From the NCBI GenBank assembly GCA_963709665.1, contig CAVPWU010000011.1:243416-307415 (forward strand): DNA of 64,000 nt. Direction: 5' to 3'. Below the pieces are notes generated by a model, which saw only the letters and a list, made by a program, of their open reading frames with translations, searched no databases and was not told the DNA's origin. A program made the position numbers and the translations under genes. This document shows positions 8,906-16,315 of this stretch, one piece after another. The stretch comes from an uncultured Actinomycetota bacterium. GTDB taxonomy: Bacteria > Actinomycetota > Acidimicrobiia > Acidimicrobiales > RAAP-2. Every line of letters begins with the position of its first letter. Position 1 is the first letter of the stretch.

Positions 8906-10204
8906 TCAGCCGACGCCGTCGACGTCGTGGATGAGCTTCTCGAAGAGGACGATCCGGTCGCCCTGGTCGTGTTCGGCGGCGTGGTCTCGTTGGCGCTTCA
9001 GGATCGGGATGAACTGGGGACCGGTCTCGAAGAAGGTGCAACGCTCGCAGGCGGACTCGAAGGAGCAGCCCAAGGCGGCTGGGCGGGTGCACATCCCGTT
9101 GCCCAGCATCCTCCGATGGTCGGCCGCCAGTCGGCGCATGTTCGACCCGGCCGCATCGTCCGGAAGGGCTTCCGTTCTTCCGTAGTTGGCTTCGACGGCC
9201 TCGGTCACCCGGAAGTACTCGTCAGCCACCGTGCGGTCCGAGATCCGGGCATAGGTCATGGTCATCCGCATCGACCGGTGGCCGAGAAGGGCGGCGATCG
9301 CCTCCAGGCTCATGCCCCGGTTGATGGCTTGGGTGGCCAGGGTGTGGCGGAGCTGGTGGGGATGGACGTGTCCGACGCCGGCCCGCTTGGCGACCGCTTC
9401 GACATAGCGGTGGATGGTCCGGCGGTCGAAGGGTTGCCCGTCGTTGCGGACGACCAGATGGCCGGAATGGCTCGGCCCTCTGGTTCTCCGGTAGTCGGTG
9501 ATGAGGTCGACCAGGATGGGGTGGAGCGGCACGTAGCGGTCGTTGTGCAGCTTCCCCACTGGGATGCGCAGCCAGAAGGTCTCGCTGATCTGCACCATGG
9601 CGTCGTCCTCGAGAGCAGCCAGTTCCCCGACCCGCATGCCGGTTCTGGCCAGCAGTTCGACCATCAGTCGCCGACGAGGGTTGGGGTCGACACCCAGGGC
9701 GGCCATGAACCTGGCCATGGTGGGGTCGTCCAAGAACTTGGGCAACGGCTCGTCGGCCTTCGGGAAGTCCCCGGGAAAGATCGGCACCCGGGCCGGGGCG
9801 TCGTCATAGCCCCACTCGATGATCCGCTCGAAGAAGGTCCGGAGCAGCCCGAGGCGGTGCCGAATGGTGGTGGTCGAGAGCAGCTTCCCGCGTTTGCCGG
9901 GCCGGGCGGCCTGCCAGATCTTGAAGTCCTCGATGTGGCGCCGCTCGACATCGGCGACGGCCACGCACCACCGGTCGGCCTCGGTCACCCGGCCGGCGAA
10001 GAACCGCAGGGCGATGTCGAAGGCGGAGACGGTTCCGGGTCGGGCCGACACCGACAGCTGGTCCAGGTAGGTGGCCATGGTGGAGGCCATCAGGGGCGCA
10101 CGCTGGGCAATCTCTCCCCAGGTGATCTCCGGCCCAGCACCTCCGAAGCGTCGATTGACCGGCTCATCTGGCCCGTTGAGGGATGGGATCGCAAGCGCGG
10201 TCAT
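8906..10204 (-). CDS. Tyrosine recombinase/integrase with a C-terminal Cys-rich tail.
   Basis: The catalytic set is visible: ARTGMRVGE (R), VGKLHNDR (K), HQLRHT, LGHRS, TYARI (Y). The tail is CTRPAALGCSFESACERCTFFE. The ATG overlaps the upstream stop (ATGA at 10201-10204). Confidence 0.9.
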   Translation of the reverse strand: MTALAIPSLNGPDEPVNRRFGGAGPEITWGEIAQRAPLMASTMATYLDQLSVSARPGTVSAFDIALRFFAGRVTEADRWCVAVADVERRHIEDFKIWQAARPGKRGKLLSTTTIRHRLGLLRTFFERIIEWGYDDAPARVPIFPGDFPKADEPLPKFLDDPTMARFMAALGVDPNPRRRLMVELLARTGMRVGELAALEDDAMVQISETFWLRIPVGKLHNDRYVPLHPILVDLITDYRRTRGPSHSGHLVVRNDGQPFDRRTIHRYVEAVAKRAGVGHVHPHQLRHTLATQAINRGMSLEAIAALLGHRSMRMTMTYARISDRTVADEYFRVTEAVEANYGRTEALPDDAAGSNMRRLAADHRRMLGNGMCTRPAALGCSFESACERCTFFETGPQFIPILKRQRDHAAEHDQGDRIVLFEKLIHDVDGVG

Positions 10205-11244
10205 CGGGCCATCCCCACGTTCGCCTGGGCGTCGATGGCCTCGGCGGCCCGCCGATACTCGTTGGCCAGCCAGTCACCTCCGAGGTGGAGGTAGATCCGG
10301 GTGGAGGCGATCGACCGGTGTCCGGCCAGCGCCTGGATGGCCTCGATGGCCATGCCCGCCTCCTTCAGACGGGTGAAGCAGGTGTGGCGGAGCTCGTGGC
10401 AGGTCCCGTGGGTCAGGCCGACCCGGGCCCGGGCCGCCCCGAAGACCTCGTCGAGCCCGTCCGCCGACAGGGGAGCGCCCCGTCGGGGCTCCCGCAGCAC
10501 CACGAACAGCCGGTCGGTCGGGGCATCGGGCGGTCGTTCCCGGTTCAGGTAGTCAGCCACCGTGGCGAAGAAGGTCGAAGAGATGGGGACCAGGCGCTGG
10601 TGACCTCCCTTGCCCTCGGCGATGAACAGCTGCTTCTCGCCGACCCGCAGGTCCTCCAGGCGCAGACCCAGCACCTCGCAACGGCGGAGCCCGCCGAGCA
10701 ACATGGCCTGGGCCATGGCCCGGTCCCGATCGGTCCGGAACGACGACATCAGCAGCTCGACGTCGCCGGCGTCGAGGATCCGGGGCAGCCGTCGCACCCC
10801 TCGCACCAACGGCACACCCCGTTGGTCCCGATGACGGCTCCGTCGGGTGGGCATCCCCCGGGGGACCGGGTTGGCAGCCAGGGTGGTGTCTCCCCGGAGG
10901 ACCACGTAACCGAAGAAGGCCGACACCGCCGCCAGCCGTCGTTTGATGGTGGCCGGCGACAAACCGGACAGGCCGTCGCTGATCCGGACCACGTTGTCGA
11001 CTCCGGACCTCGAACGCTGCTGGGCGGCGATGAAGCCGAGGACGTCCTTCGGCGTCACCTCGGTGGGATCCTTGGTCACCACTCCGAAGAAGATCTTCAG
11101 GTCGTGGGCATAGGCCCGCACCGTGCTCGGTCGGCACCGCACCGACGCGAACTCGAGGAACTCATCGACCAGCTCGTGGCCGACTCGATAGGTCTTGTGA
11201 CCATCGGACCCGACAACACACTCGAATACCGGACTCCACTGCAC
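10201..11244 (-). CDS. Tyrosine recombinase/integrase (XerC/D-like size).
   Basis: The catalytic motifs are GGLRRCEV, EGKGGHQR, HELRHT, AGHRS and IYLHL. An N-terminal SAM-like core-binding domain is present. Confidence 0.9.
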   Translation of the reverse strand: MQWSPVFECVVGSDGHKTYRVGHELVDEFLEFASVRCRPSTVRAYAHDLKIFFGVVTKDPTEVTPKDVLGFIAAQQRSRSGVDNVVRISDGLSGLSPATIKRRLAAVSAFFGYVVLRGDTTLAANPVPRGMPTRRSRHRDQRGVPLVRGVRRLPRILDAGDVELLMSSFRTDRDRAMAQAMLLGGLRRCEVLGLRLEDLRVGEKQLFIAEGKGGHQRLVPISSTFFATVADYLNRERPPDAPTDRLFVVLREPRRGAPLSADGLDEVFGAARARVGLTHGTCHELRHTCFTRLKEAGMAIEAIQALAGHRSIASTRIYLHLGGDWLANEYRRAAEAIDAQANVGMAR

Positions 11245-11290
11245 GCCGCACCTCCTGGTTGGACTTCCACCCGAGGAAGGTTCCTCGTGT

Positions 11291-11351
11291 GGTCAGTCCA
11301 GAGGGCGGATCACCCGTGTAAGTGCCGTTCAGGGACGTTTCACCCGTGTAA
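11291..11351. repeat. Right inverted repeat of E2, plus a second direct copy of the 12-mer TCACCCGTGTAA.
   Basis: TCACCCGTGTAA occurs at 11310-11321 and again at 11340-11351, with 30-bp spacing. Confidence 0.6.
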
Positions 11352-11639
11352 TCGCGATATTGGGACGGACTGGGAGAATCGGTCAGTCGATAGTCCGCCG
11401 GCAAAGGGGATCTCCCACCGTCCCAACGTCACCCTCAATGTCATCCTCCGTGGTCAGGCGACGATTTCGACCCAGTGGTGGAAGGCTGGAAGCCCTCTGC
11501 CAAACGCCGCCAGCGCCAGTCCGGGTCCGATGGACAGTCCTGCCGTCCCCGCATCGCCCCCCGGCCACCTTGAACACGATTGCGAAGGGGGTCCCTTGGG
11601 GCTGAGGGCAGCTCTGGCCGGACTCGGGACACAGACACC

Positions 11640-12100
11640 ACTTGCGCCATGTCTTCTCCTCCGCAGCGGCTCCGGCTGGCGGGACGGTAACGCCGCACAA
11701 TGGAGTGCACTGATCGGATCCTGGCCGCCTCGCTCGACCTCCCGAACCGCACCGACCCCACAGCCATGGTGATGAGCCGAGCTCGGTTCTGACGACCGCA
11801 ACGGGCGTCCGGGGCGGGCATCGAGCCCGCCCCGACCGCGAGGTGGCGATGACAGACGCGTGGGGCCGGACCTGGACAACAAGTCCACACAGTTGCACCA
11901 GAGGATGCGGTCCCGATACGTCCTGTTTCGTCCCAGAATGCCGGGGTCCGCGAGCGGCAACGGCGAGCCCCGTGAGGCGCCTCCGGGTGTGGACTTCGTC
12001 GGTGCCACCTCGCATTCACCACCCCGTGTCGGTCGGGCCCCGGACCAGCGAGGGTGACGTTGTAGTGGGGGAGACGCATATTCGATTGGCTTGTATTCGA
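11640..12100. repeat. Left inverted arm of E1.
   Basis: Blocks shared in inverted orientation with the right arm are 12075-12100, 11883-11896, 11813-11831, 11761-11769 and 11645-11653. This arm has an extra ~165-nt segment (about 11897-12074) with no counterpart on the right. Confidence 0.55.
11813..11831. repeat. GC-rich hairpin repeat, copy in reverse orientation.
   Basis: The sequence is GGCGGGC-ATCGA-GCCCGCC. Its reverse complement matches 15443-15461, and the similar flank extends to about 30 nt. Confidence 0.5.
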
Positions 12101-12131
12101 GAGCCTGACCACTGGCGGTGGGGTTCGGCCA

Positions 12132-13574
12132 TCAGAAGTTGGTTGTCTGGCGAGCCTTGGCGGCGGCATAGGCGGCCCAGTCGGTGCCGAGGGCGGCGGC
12201 CCGGTTGGCGACGGTGTTGCGGTGGTAGCCGAGTGAGCCGGAGATCAAAGGGGCGGGGAGCGTGCCGATGAGTCGGGCCAGAGCCGCCTGGCGACCCGCT
12301 CGGGTGACGCCCAGCCCGGACAGCTGATGGGACAAGGCCCGACCCGACAGATGGCTGTCCGGGAAGTTGCCCGGGAACAGCCAATCGGCTGTTCCGGTCG
12401 GTGTTCGGGAGTCGAGCAGCTCGGTCAGCAACGCCGCCATCGGGGCCGGGAGCGGCACCGGATTGGCACCGAGGGTCAGGAAGATCTCCCCGTGGCGGTC
12501 CTCGATGTCGGCGAGGGTGAGATCGCAGATCCGGTTGACCGACTGGGCGAGTCCCAGCACCAGGCACCCGGCCAGTCGCCCGCGGAGGTTGATGCTGTCG
12601 TCGCCCAGGAGCTCGTCGAGCAGCCGCCGCCGGTCGGACTCCGGGCCCGGCGTGAAGGACCGGACCGGGGGCTTCGGGAAGCTGAGCGTCGGGCGCCGGT
12701 TGAGCCGCCCCACCCAGCGGATGAAGTCCTCGGCGGACCGGGGGTTGGAGGCGGTGGCGAACCAGGCATCAAGGTCGGATTGGGCGACGGTGGCAACCGT
12801 CCGGCCGCGGGTGGCCAACCAGCTCAGCCAACGGAGTCCGGCATTGGCCCGGTTCCGACAACCGGCGACCCAGCTGTAGGCCAGGGGGCCGTCTTGGGCC
12901 CGGTCGACCAGGTCCCGGTGGTGCCGCCAGACCAGGTAGGTGCGCAGCAGGCGCCGGTGCTCGGGGTCGCCGATCACCTCCAGGAAGCGCACGCTCCACC
13001 GCTCGAAGTTCCCGAGCTGGGTGTCCCGACGGTCGATGACGCCCGCCCCCATCAGCAGCTGGCGGAGGTAGTCGACCTCCCGGCCCGGCGGCAGCGAGTC
13101 CACGCCGGCATAGTCGAGGGTGACCGTGCCGTTGGCCAAGGTCCGGAGCCGGTCGGCGGTTCCTCCCCGGCTCAGCCAGATCAGCCGTGCCCAGGGTCGG
13201 CCGGTGGAGGTGATCAGCTCCACCAACGGCACCAACGCCGGGGTGACCTGGCCGGTCCCGTCGTCGAGGAGGGCGGCCAGCCGGCGCTGCAGCGAGCAGG
13301 CCAGGCAGGTGGCGGAGAACCACTGCTGGCCTTCGGCCCCACAGGTGGCGCAGAGGAACGAGCGGGGAATCGCCGCGGAGTCGACGCAGAGACCTGCTCC
13401 CTTCCCATCGCGCCCGGGCAGGAGCCGGTCGACCCCACAGCCCGCACACGGTCCTCGCCGCTGGACAGCGTGGCGCAGACAGGTCCGACACACCGGCCCC
13501 TCCGGCCAGGTCTGACACGCCCGCTGCGCCCGGTGGCAGCGGGCGCACTCCACCCGCTTGGCCGGGGCGGTCAC
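12132..13574 (-). CDS. Zn-ribbon-rich protein with a divergent tyrosine-recombinase-like C-terminal domain.
   Basis: GTG 13574 overlaps the upstream stop (GTGA). The N-terminus has five CxxC motifs (CARC, CRTC, CAGC, CATC, CLAC). The C-terminus reads ...NRICDLTLADI...LGYHRNTVANRAAALGTDWAAYA. It is integrase-like, but I cannot see the canonical HxxR box. Confidence 0.7.
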   Translation of the reverse strand: MTAPAKRVECARCHRAQRACQTWPEGPVCRTCLRHAVQRRGPCAGCGVDRLLPGRDGKGAGLCVDSAAIPRSFLCATCGAEGQQWFSATCLACSLQRRLAALLDDGTGQVTPALVPLVELITSTGRPWARLIWLSRGGTADRLRTLANGTVTLDYAGVDSLPPGREVDYLRQLLMGAGVIDRRDTQLGNFERWSVRFLEVIGDPEHRRLLRTYLVWRHHRDLVDRAQDGPLAYSWVAGCRNRANAGLRWLSWLATRGRTVATVAQSDLDAWFATASNPRSAEDFIRWVGRLNRRPTLSFPKPPVRSFTPGPESDRRRLLDELLGDDSINLRGRLAGCLVLGLAQSVNRICDLTLADIEDRHGEIFLTLGANPVPLPAPMAALLTELLDSRTPTGTADWLFPGNFPDSHLSGRALSHQLSGLGVTRAGRQAALARLIGTLPAPLISGSLGYHRNTVANRAAALGTDWAAYAAAKARQTTNF

Positions 13575-13900
13575 CGGTTCGGGTCGACCCGGGCCCGCCG
13601 GGGCCGCCGCCGGGCGGCCAGATCGATGGGGGGCGGATCGCCCTCGCCGGGCCGGGGCGGCAACCCGGCCGCCACCCCGATGAGGTCGGCGGGCGTGCAC
13701 GAGAAGATGTCACAGAGAGCAGCCAGGGTGGGGAGCGAGATGCGCTCGGGCACCCGGGCGGCCATCCGGTAGACCTGGGCGGTGGAGAGGTGGACGCCCC
13801 GGTCGGCCAGCAGCGGGAGCAGATCGGTGGTCTTCCAGACGCCGTGGGCGGCCATCACCTCCCGCAGCCGCCAGCTGTAGGTCACCGACCGGGTGGTCAC
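13571..13900 (-). CDS. XRE/Cro-type helix-turn-helix protein.
   Basis: GTG 13900 overlaps the recombinase stop (GTGA at 13897-13900). The HTH is HLSTAQVYRMAARVPERISLPTLAALCDIFSCTPADLI. Confidence 0.75.
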   Translation of the reverse strand: MTTRSVTYSWRLREVMAAHGVWKTTDLLPLLADRGVHLSTAQVYRMAARVPERISLPTLAALCDIFSCTPADLIGVAAGLPPRPGEGDPPPIDLAARRRPRRARVDPNR

Positions 13901-15009
13901 GATCCGGCCACCTTCCGGGATGGCCCCATCACCACGGCGTCCAGGGCGCTCCGCAGCATCCGGGTGCGGTAGTCGGAGGAGACCGAGGTGTAGATGGCGG
14001 TGGTGGAGGCGTGGCGGTGTCCCACCTGCTGCTGGACGAAGAGCACGTCGAAGCCGTCCTCGATCAGGTGGGTGACGTAGGAGTGGCGGAGGGAGTGCGG
14101 GCTGAGGGCGGTGTCCAGCCCGGCCTCTTTCGCCGCCGAAGCGAACGCCGAGTTGAGCCGGTCCTCGCTCACCCGGTCGTCCCGCTCCGAGGGCCACAGG
14201 CCCGCCGCCCCCTCCCGGCGGACCGAGGGCCAGATGTCCGTCGTCCACTCGTCCATCACCTCGGCCGTCCAGCCCATCACCGTGAGCACCCCCCGACGCC
14301 GGGGGCCCGACCCGTTGGCCGCCTTGCCGAAGCGGACCTGGCAGACCCCGAAGTCACCGAACTCGGGGGCCTGGGGGTTGGCCCCGAAGTCGTGGCGCTC
14401 GAGCATCACCACCTCCCGGCGGCGCAGGCCCCAGCCGTAGGCGACCTTCAGCATGGTGGCGTCCCGGAACGCCGGCACCCACCCCTTGCGGCCTCCCATC
14501 CGGATCCGGTCGGCCCGGGCGTCGGCGGCGTCGAACAGGTCCTGGCACTCGGCCCGGGTCATCGACCGTCGCCCGGGCCGGGCCTCGGCGTCGACCACGT
14601 GGGACATCGAATTGGCCCCCGAACAGATCTGGACGGGGTGGGTCCCGAAGCGGGTGAGGCACTCCCCGTCCCAGCCGTAGACGGGGTCGCAGACGTAGGC
14701 CAGAAAGCCCCGGAGGCTGAGCTGGTAGCTCCGGAGGGTGGACGGTGCCCGGTGCTCCATCCGCAGCTCTGCCGACCACGTCTCGAACCCGGCGGGTGTC
14801 CACGCCCAGGGGAACGACGACGCCGACTCCTGGAAGCGACGGACCACCCGGGCGCCGGCGTCGATGGTGGCGAACGACAGGCTCCGAGCCAGTTGCTGGG
14901 CCCGCCAACCGTCGAGCATCGCCTCGAACACCGCCGACTCGGGATCCAGCTCCACGACACCGTCGACCAGGCTCAGATGAGCCGCCCCGACCACGTTCCT
15001 GCCTTGCAC
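13897..15009 (-). CDS. Tyrosine recombinase/integrase.
   Basis: 370 aa with GWGLRRREV (R), FGKAANGSGPRRR (K), HSLRHS, VGHRH and IYTSV (Y). Confidence 0.9.
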   Translation of the reverse strand: MQGRNVVGAAHLSLVDGVVELDPESAVFEAMLDGWRAQQLARSLSFATIDAGARVVRRFQESASSFPWAWTPAGFETWSAELRMEHRAPSTLRSYQLSLRGFLAYVCDPVYGWDGECLTRFGTHPVQICSGANSMSHVVDAEARPGRRSMTRAECQDLFDAADARADRIRMGGRKGWVPAFRDATMLKVAYGWGLRRREVVMLERHDFGANPQAPEFGDFGVCQVRFGKAANGSGPRRRGVLTVMGWTAEVMDEWTTDIWPSVRREGAAGLWPSERDDRVSEDRLNSAFASAAKEAGLDTALSPHSLRHSYVTHLIEDGFDVLFVQQQVGHRHASTTAIYTSVSSDYRTRMLRSALDAVVMGPSRKVAGS

Positions 15010-15025
15010 AAGGCCACCCTTCGTG

Positions 15026-15063
15026 GTCGCAACTGACGCGCTGATTCGATCATCAGTTGCGAC
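15026..15063. promoter_or_regulatory. Perfect 11-bp inverted repeat just upstream of the E1 recombinase start. It could be an operator or a 5' hairpin.
   Basis: The repeat is GTCGCAACTGA (15026-15036), a 16-nt spacer, then TCAGTTGCGAC (15053-15063). It lies 17-54 nt upstream of start codon 15009. Confidence 0.4.
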
Positions 15064-15285
15064 TGAGACAAGGGATGCCTGGTCAGCGAGGTGAGGACCG
15101 GTGAACCCAACGTCACCCTCGACGTCACCTCACCGACGAACTGCCTGGTCACACGACAGAACGGGACCCGCCAACGAATACGCATCCATTCGAATATGCG
15201 GCAGTGGCATTGCCCAATGCAACTGTGTGGACATGACCCTCCAGCTTCAGTCGCACAACCAGGAAGTCACTACCCAAGGCGCCAC

Positions 15286-15304
15286 GGCGGGCTCAATGCC
15301 CGCC
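15286..15304. repeat. GC-rich hairpin repeat.
   Basis: GGCGGGC-TCAAT-GCCCGCC. Confidence 0.5.
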
Positions 15305-15442
15305 TGGGCGCCTCCTCGTGCCATGGGTGCGGGGAGGCTCCGTGAGGATCGCCAGGAGGTCGACCATCCCATGATGCACAGGTGTGGGAGTTCTCGTACG
15401 GCTCCGGCGACGCCGACCCTCTGCTTCCTCCTCGGCGGACAT

Positions 15443-15461
15443 GGCGGGCTCGATGCCCGCC
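15443..15461. repeat. GC-rich hairpin repeat.
   Basis: GGCGGGC-TCGAT-GCCCGCC followed by CGGGCCGCCC. The reverse complement of the 11.8-kb copy is followed by CCGGACGCCC. Confidence 0.5.
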
Positions 15462-15517
15462 CGGGCCGCCCTGGGGTGACCGGCGCCACGGCACTCCCCA
15501 ACGTTGGCCCCAGGGGC

Positions 15518-15940
15518 TTAGGCGGCAACGTGGAGGGCAATACCGAGCTCCTCGGTGGCACCAGCGAGAAGCCCTCCGACGTTCCGCTCCGAGCCGAACC
15601 ACAGGGCGCTCCCGTTGTGGAGTCCGGCGGCGAGCGTCTCGTCGATGAGCCACCCCCCGCCAAACCGGGCCCCAATCCGAGCTGCCTCATCGAGAAGGGG
15701 GCGGGGGTCGAGGATCTGCAGAACCTCCGGATGTGGGAACCGGAGCGTGTCACGATCAGTTGGCGTCAACGCAGCCAGTCTCCGGGAGAGCTGCCCACCA
15801 CCTGGTCCGTGGATGCGCTGCAGGAGCCGCCAGTGCCGGCTCGAGGAAGGACCGGGTCTTCGGTGTCGGGGAGGTCCGCTGGCCATCCGTCGCTGGCGAA
15901 ACACCACGCGGATGGCCAGGTACTCGTCGATCACGATCAT
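15518..15940 (-). CDS. Putative PIN-like toxin of a type II toxin-antitoxin pair.
   Basis: 140 aa starting MIVIDEYLAIRVV. It lies 21 nt downstream of a 62-aa ORF on the same strand. The assignment rests on size, organisation and the N-terminal motif only. Confidence 0.45.
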   Translation of the reverse strand: MIVIDEYLAIRVVFRQRRMASGPPRHRRPGPSSSRHWRLLQRIHGPGGGQLSRRLAALTPTDRDTLRFPHPEVLQILDPRPLLDEAARIGARFGGGWLIDETLAAGLHNGSALWFGSERNVGGLLAGATEELGIALHVAA

Positions 15941-15961
15941 CGCGACAGGTGGATGATCGAT

Positions 15962-16150
15962 TCAGTCGGCGTCTGCCTGGCCACCGAGAAGGGGATCCGC
16001 AGTCAGATCGGCGTCAAGTGCAGCCTGGAACTCCTCGGCCAGATCGCCCGTGGTGATCTGGGAGATGATCTTGCGACCTTCCTCGGTGACGCGGGGGTCT
16101 CCGGCCCGCCGGCGCAGGCGCTTCTGCTCGGTCAGGTCTGCAACGGCCAT
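15962..16150 (-). CDS. Putative antitoxin: a small acidic protein upstream of the PIN-like ORF.
   Basis: 62 aa with a basic N-terminus and an acidic C-terminus (..DADLTADPLLGGQADAD), in a typical TA gene arrangement. Confidence 0.4.
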   Translation of the reverse strand: MAVADLTEQKRLRRRAGDPRVTEEGRKIISQITTGDLAEEFQAALDADLTADPLLGGQADAD

Positions 16151-16285
16151 GGCCCAATTATGCCTGTCGGCCCCTCATTGCGCCACGGGTTCAGGGGCGG
16201 CAGTACTCCGCAATGTGCCTCGTCGAAGGATTTTGGGCGTGCTGGATCGGTACACTGAAGCAGACGATCTTCGCTGGCCCGACCG

Positions 16286-16315
16286 GTGTGTTGGGTCAGG
16301 TCCGACCCAACACAC
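16286..16315. other. Perfect 12-bp stem / 6-nt loop hairpin in otherwise non-coding DNA.
   Basis: GTGTGTTGGGTC-AGGTCC-GACCCAACACAC. Confidence 0.5.

Larger units (their letters stand above)
8858..11351 (-). mobile_element. Element E2: two overlapping tyrosine-recombinase genes bounded by imperfect inverted repeats. The outer limits are uncertain.
   Basis: TTACACGGGTGATCC at 8858-8872 is the exact reverse complement of 11307-11321. The similarity continues inward on both sides. Two catalytically complete recombinases lie in between. Confidence 0.6.
11640..15465 (-). mobile_element. Element E1: a translationally coupled operon of tyrosine recombinase, XRE HTH and a Zn-ribbon recombinase-like protein, flanked by long diverged inverted arms. 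The limits are approximate.
   Basis: The reverse complement of 11640-12100 shares an ordered series of blocks with 15175-15465 (see findings). The three ORFs are linked by GTGA start/stop overlaps. Confidence 0.55.
15175..15465. repeat. Right inverted arm of E1.
   Basis: The blocks are CGAATA..TTCGAATATGCG (15175-15200), GCAACTGTGTGGAC (15219-15232), a GC hairpin (15286-15304), CCATGGGTGCGGGG (15321-15334) and GACATGGCG (15438-15446). Confidence 0.55.

Noticed and set aside
8927-11772. Long plus-strand ORFs (455 aa and 529 aa) antisense to the E2 recombinase genes.
   Set aside because: They are Gly/Arg/Pro/His-rich translations with no motifs. They fully overlap minus-strand genes that carry clear catalytic signatures. 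They are typical high-GC shadow ORFs.
8906-15009. A canonical recombinase-in-trio (RIT) element.
   Set aside because: The three intact recombinase genes are not contiguous. An HTH gene, a Zn-ribbon recombinase-like gene and about 890 nt of repeat-bearing non-coding DNA separate them. Each sub-block has its own inverted repeats. It is kept only as an evolutionary hypothesis.
15101-16258. 385-aa plus-strand ORF spanning the E1 right arm and the TA pair.
   Set aside because: It crosses repeat DNA and runs antisense to two better-organised small genes. It has no motifs, and its GGLDARPGRP peptide just reflects the GC hairpin repeat.
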